A stretch of 64,000 nucleotides of DNA from Heteronotia binoei. Its lineage: Eukaryota. Each line of letters begins with the position of its first letter. Positions within the stretch are counted from its first letter, which is position 1. A model generated the notes under the pieces. It saw only the letters and a list, made by a program, of their open reading frames with translations, was not told the DNA's origin and did no database searches. Positions 59,955-64,000 of this stretch are shown here, piece by piece. The stretch lies in assembly GCF_032191835.1 (NCBI RefSeq), contig NC_083237.1, forward strand, positions 17,050,001 to 17,114,000. Reading direction: 5' to 3'. The position numbers were made by a program, and so were the translations under genes.

Positions 59955-60891
59955 TTTCGTCAAGACTCTTATCAGCGAACCTTTTTTGGGCGTGAAGCTC
60001 AGAGGTCACAAGCACCTAATGACTTTGTTCTTTTTATTTAAGAGATAAGCCACAAGGGAACTCGGCCATTTAAGGGCTCAGTTGGCAATTCCTCATTGCT
60101 CCCCGAGTTGTGACTTTTTCCCAAACTTAACTCCATCCTATGAAGGCAGAATGACAGATTCCAAGAACTCATCCACTGCTTCTCTTCTGCCGTGCAGCCT
60201 GGCACCTCCTTTTAGGGCTTGGTGGCAAAGGATCTATTTAGCATGCAGAAGGTCTCAGGTTCAATCCCTGGCATCCCCAGTGAGAAGGTTCAGGCAGCAG
60301 GCGATGCATTTATCATTTTATTTATTTTATTTGACTTGATTTATATCCCGCCCTCCCCGCCGAAGCAGGCTCAGGGCGGCTCACAACAATATGAGGTGAG
60401 TTACGATGGGAGCTTCTTTGTCAAGAAATCAAAGAAACCAACTTTCTGGTGGTCAAAACAGATGGCTGAAAAAGGGACAGGTAGCAAAAAAATCCACGGA
60501 GGGATGGCTAGATCTGCCCCACTGCCTGCCACAGCTGCTTTCAGGGAAAGCCATAACATTCTCTCAGCATAGAGTTAGTTGGATGCTGTGCGGTGATGGT
60601 GGAAAGGGATGTCAGATCACAGCTGACTTACGGTGACCTCATAGGGCAGGGCTGGCCAAACTGTGGCTCAGGAGCCACTTGTGGCTCTTTCACGCATGGG
60701 CAACAGCCGACAGAAGAGAGAAACTTCGTCGGGAAGCACAGAACTATGAATCCCAGAATGCATCTAGGCAGGGGGTGAGGGCGGGTTGGCGCAAGGAAAG
60801 CTGGGGTGTGTGGTCTGAAGTGGATTACGGCGGCGCAAGATAGACCGGCATGCCTTAAAGTCGTGCAGCATGCTGGGGTCTGTAGTTCATA

Positions 60892-60970
60892 GAAGAAGAA
60901 GAAGAAGAAGAAGAAGAAGAAGAAGAAGAAGAAGAAGAAGAAGAAGAAGAAGAAGAAGAAGAAGAAGAAG
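60892..60970. repeat. (GAA)~26 expansion of a SINE tail
   Basis: Directly visible, contiguous with the minus-strand SINE 3' end. Confidence 0.95.
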
Positions 60971-61676
60971 ATATTGGATTTATATCCCGCCCTCCACTCC
61001 GAAGAGTCTCAGAGCGGCTCACAATCTCCTTTACCTTCCTCCCCCACAACAAACACCCTGTGAGGTGGGTGGGGCTGGAGAGGGCTCTCACAGCAGCTGC
61101 CCTTTCAAGGACAACCTCTGTGATAACTATGGCTGACCCAAGGCCATTCCAGCAGGTGCAAGTGGAGGAGTGGGGAATCAAACCCGGTTCTCCCAGATAA
61201 GAGTCCGCACACTTAACCACTACACCAAACTGGCATACTGGAGGATGAATTGCAGAGTGACCGGGGCCTGGTGGGACGGAGGGAGAGGAGACCCTCTGCC
61301 GCTCTCCTCAGGCAGCCTGTAGCTCGGGCTGCAGTGGCAGCAGCGATGGCAGCGGTGATGGCGACGACGGCGGCTGCTGCCTGTGCCCGGGCCCGGGCCA
61401 GCGGCGCTGGTGGCGGCACTGGTGTTGCTGCGGCAGCGTCCCTCCCCCCGCTTCCAGATTTTTGGAGATCGGGGGAGGAGGCTGCAAATTCGGGGGTCCC
61501 CCGCCAGGGCGGGGGGGTTGAGAAGCCTATCCTACATCTATGATACTTGTGAGATTTTTTTTTTGCATGGAACCATTAGAAGATCTCTCTGCTGTCTGTC
61601 ATTAAATGGTACATTCCATTTCATTGTTTCAGGAATCTGCTTCCTTCCCATCTCATTCTACTACATAGGTTAAAAC

Positions 61677-62500
61677 TAGGCTTCCCAACCCTCCCGCTCT
61701 GGTGGGGGACCCCAGGATTTCCAGCCTCTTCCCCCACTCGTCAAAAAAACGGAAGTGGGGGGAGGGGGGAAACGGCGCCAAGGAGCGTGGCGAGCCAACC
61801 CATCTCGGAGTGGGCAATGCCGCTGCACAGCTGCTGCCTCTTCTCCGCTTCACCGTGGCTGCTCCTCCGAGATGGGCTCAGGCTGGGCCCATCTCGGAGG
61901 AGCAGCTGGGATGGGCTGGGAAGGGGGCAGCGGCGGCACGGCGGCATCACCCGCTCCACTCTGCCTCTGAGGTGGAGTCAGAGAGGGGGTGGGTGGGGGT
62001 GGGCCAGGAGCGTGGCGGGCCGCGAGTCTGGGTCCTTCTAGGACCCGGACTCGCGGCTCGCCGCGCTCCTGGCCTGCCTCCACCCTCTCCTTCTCTGGTT
62101 TCACCTCGGAGGCAGAGCAGGGCGGGCGACGCCGCTGTGCTGACACCTTTTCTCCGCTTCACCGTGGCTGCTCCTCCGAGATGGGCTCAGGCTGGGTCCA
62201 TCTCGGAAGAGCGGCTGCGGTGGGGCGGGGAAGAGGCGGAAGAAGCGTGGCAGCGTTGCCTGCTCCACTCCGCCTCTGGGGTTAGGGAATTGGAGAAGGG
62301 GAGGGTGGAGGGAAGGAAGGGATTTAAAAAGTTGTGAGGACCCTTTAAGTGTGATGGACAGAACTCCCTTTGAAGTTCAATTGTGCTTGTCACACCCTTG
62401 CTCCTAGCTCCACCCCAGTGTCTCCTGGCTCCATCCCAAAGTCTCCTGGCTCCACCCCCAAAGTCCCCAGATATTTCTGGAATTGGACTTGGCAACCCTA
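61677..62500. mobile_element. GC/CpG-rich composite MITE-like element; a related terminus ends at 61529
   Basis: taggcttcccaaccc start, ggcaacccta end; internal ~140-bp direct repeat carrying 20-bp hairpins. Confidence 0.5.
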
Positions 62501-62623
62501 CTGGAAAGCTTTCAAAACAGCCATGAAAAATATAGCCAAACATTTGACAGAATGATCAAAAACTTACTATGAAGCAGACCACACAAAAACATCAAACCAA
62601 AACGCTATAAAGAGTGTCACAAA

Positions 62624-64000
62624 TCAAATTTCAGAATTTGTGTGGGCCGGGAAGAAACCAAGAATTAAAATGAAAATTTTGACAGATGCAAAAGAGAGAG
62701 GTGGATTCCAACTACCAGATTTGAAATTGTATCATGAAGCAGTTTGTTTAGTATGGATGAAAGAATGGATAACGTTGTTAAATAAAAAACTCTTAGTGCT
62801 GGAAGGCCATGGAAAAAAATTCGGCTGGCATGCATACTTGTATTACGGAAAAAAGAAGATGGATGGCCTTTTCTCTCACCATTATATAAGAAGTAGTCTA
62901 CTAAATGTATGGATAAAGTATAAGAAATATGGTGATGAGAGGAGACCTTTGTGGATAGTGCCAGCTGAAGTGATAAAGTTAACGGCTAAAACAGCCAAAG
63001 AAAAACAGCTATCATACAACCAGTTACTAAAAATACAAAGTGGGAAAATAGAACTGAAAACTGCAGAAGAACTGAGTTACAAATATGATTGTTTTCAAAT
63101 GCAACAAATAAAAAGCTTGGTGGAGAATGATATTAAAACTGAAGGAATAAGGAAAGAGCAAACAGAAATGGAAAGAGTTCTGCTTGGAGATAATGAGAAA
63201 TTAATTTCAAAAGTATACAAATTACTTTTACAATGGTCTACAGAAGATGAAGTAGTGAAATCTCAAATGATAAAATGGGCAATTAATGTAAATAAAGAAA
63301 TAAAGATGGAATCTTGGGAATATCTGTGGAAGAACTCTATGAAACTCGCAACATGTCATAGTATTAAAGAAAACTGTTTTAAGATGATGTATAGATGGTA
63401 TATGACTCCAAAAAAATTAGCAAAGATGAACAACAAGATGCCAGATAGGTGTTGGAAATGTAAAAAGCATGAAGGCTCTTTCTACCATATGTGGTGGACT
63501 TGTGAAAGGGCTAAAATGTTTTGGCAGATGATTCAGCAAGAGATTTCTAAGATTTTGGGATACGAATTTAACAAAGTGGCAGAGATTTTTCTGCTGGGAC
63601 TACAAATGGAAAAATTTCCAAAAGAAGATAGAACTTTAATATGGTACTTGCTCTCAGCTGCTAGGACATTGTATGCGCAGCTGTGGAAGCAAGAAAAAAT
63701 ACCAGAGAAATGGGATTGGATTACAAAAGTTATGTCATGGAGTGAAATGGACAAATTAACAAGAAAATTAAGAGACGATGATTTGGAACTTTTTAAGTTG
63801 GAGTGGAAGAAATTCAGAAGATACGTAGAAAAAGAGTGGAAAATAAAAGGACATTGGACAATCTTTGATGATGATTAAGATTTTTAAAATAAGAATATAA
63901 CCTTTGGGTTTTTTTTTTCTTAATAGTTAAGGGTACCTTTAATACTTGCTTTTTAAAAGAAAATAACACTGGCGGGGGTCAAGTAACAGAGGGAGGGGTG
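62624..64000 (+). mobile_element. 5'-truncated L1, ORF2 3' part open for 412 codons (62640-63878) plus 3' UTR running off the window
   Basis: FVWAGKKPRI, GGFQLPDL, CWKC...HMWWTC; same family as the L1 at 27588-31305. Confidence 0.92.

Noticed and set aside
61213-62337. GC-rich Ala/Arg/Pro-rich ORFs suggesting a CpG-island gene start
   Set aside because: They lie within repeat elements bounded by MITE-type termini and internal duplications; long ORFs are expected at this GC content.

Overview
Vertebrate, squamate-reptile (probably gecko) genomic DNA; the taxon is inferred from Sauria-type, 5S-derived and (CTT)n-tailed L2-dependent SINEs. The window is a class II olfactory receptor (OR) cluster with five intact single-coding-exon OR genes, all on the minus strand (1289-2233, 10949-11893, 17747-18670, 35406-36344, 42553-43491). 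Each has a splice acceptor just upstream of the ATG, and all five share a homologous upstream block with homeodomain and O/E-like motifs. The right half is a tandem array of duplicated OR units: A ~26.85-40.6 kb, B ~40.9-49.7 kb, and C ~50-53.8 kb, whose coding exon is missing. The 3' flank of a probable further OR unit lies at ~61.5 kb. The rest is mostly transposable elements: many hAT/Harbinger-type MITEs with 8-bp or 3-bp TSDs, SINEs, CR1, L2, L1, LTR-like inserts and a fragmented Neptune-type Penelope element. The most unusual items are (i) a ~1.4-mer direct-repeat element carrying a decayed minimal hammerhead ribozyme (retrozyme/Penelope-pLTR-like) in the 3' flank of the OR4/OR5 units, (ii) a 5'-intact, 3'-truncated L1 5'UTR+ORF1 piece inserted with a TSD into the ORF2 of another L1 that itself sits in an L2, (iii) deletion of an OR coding exon at a TE junction, (iv) a candidate signal-peptide-like first exon at ~59.9 kb, and (v) a 287-bp near-perfect palindrome. 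There is a 190-N gap at 16751-16940. All alignments and counts were done by eye; repeat family names are tentative.
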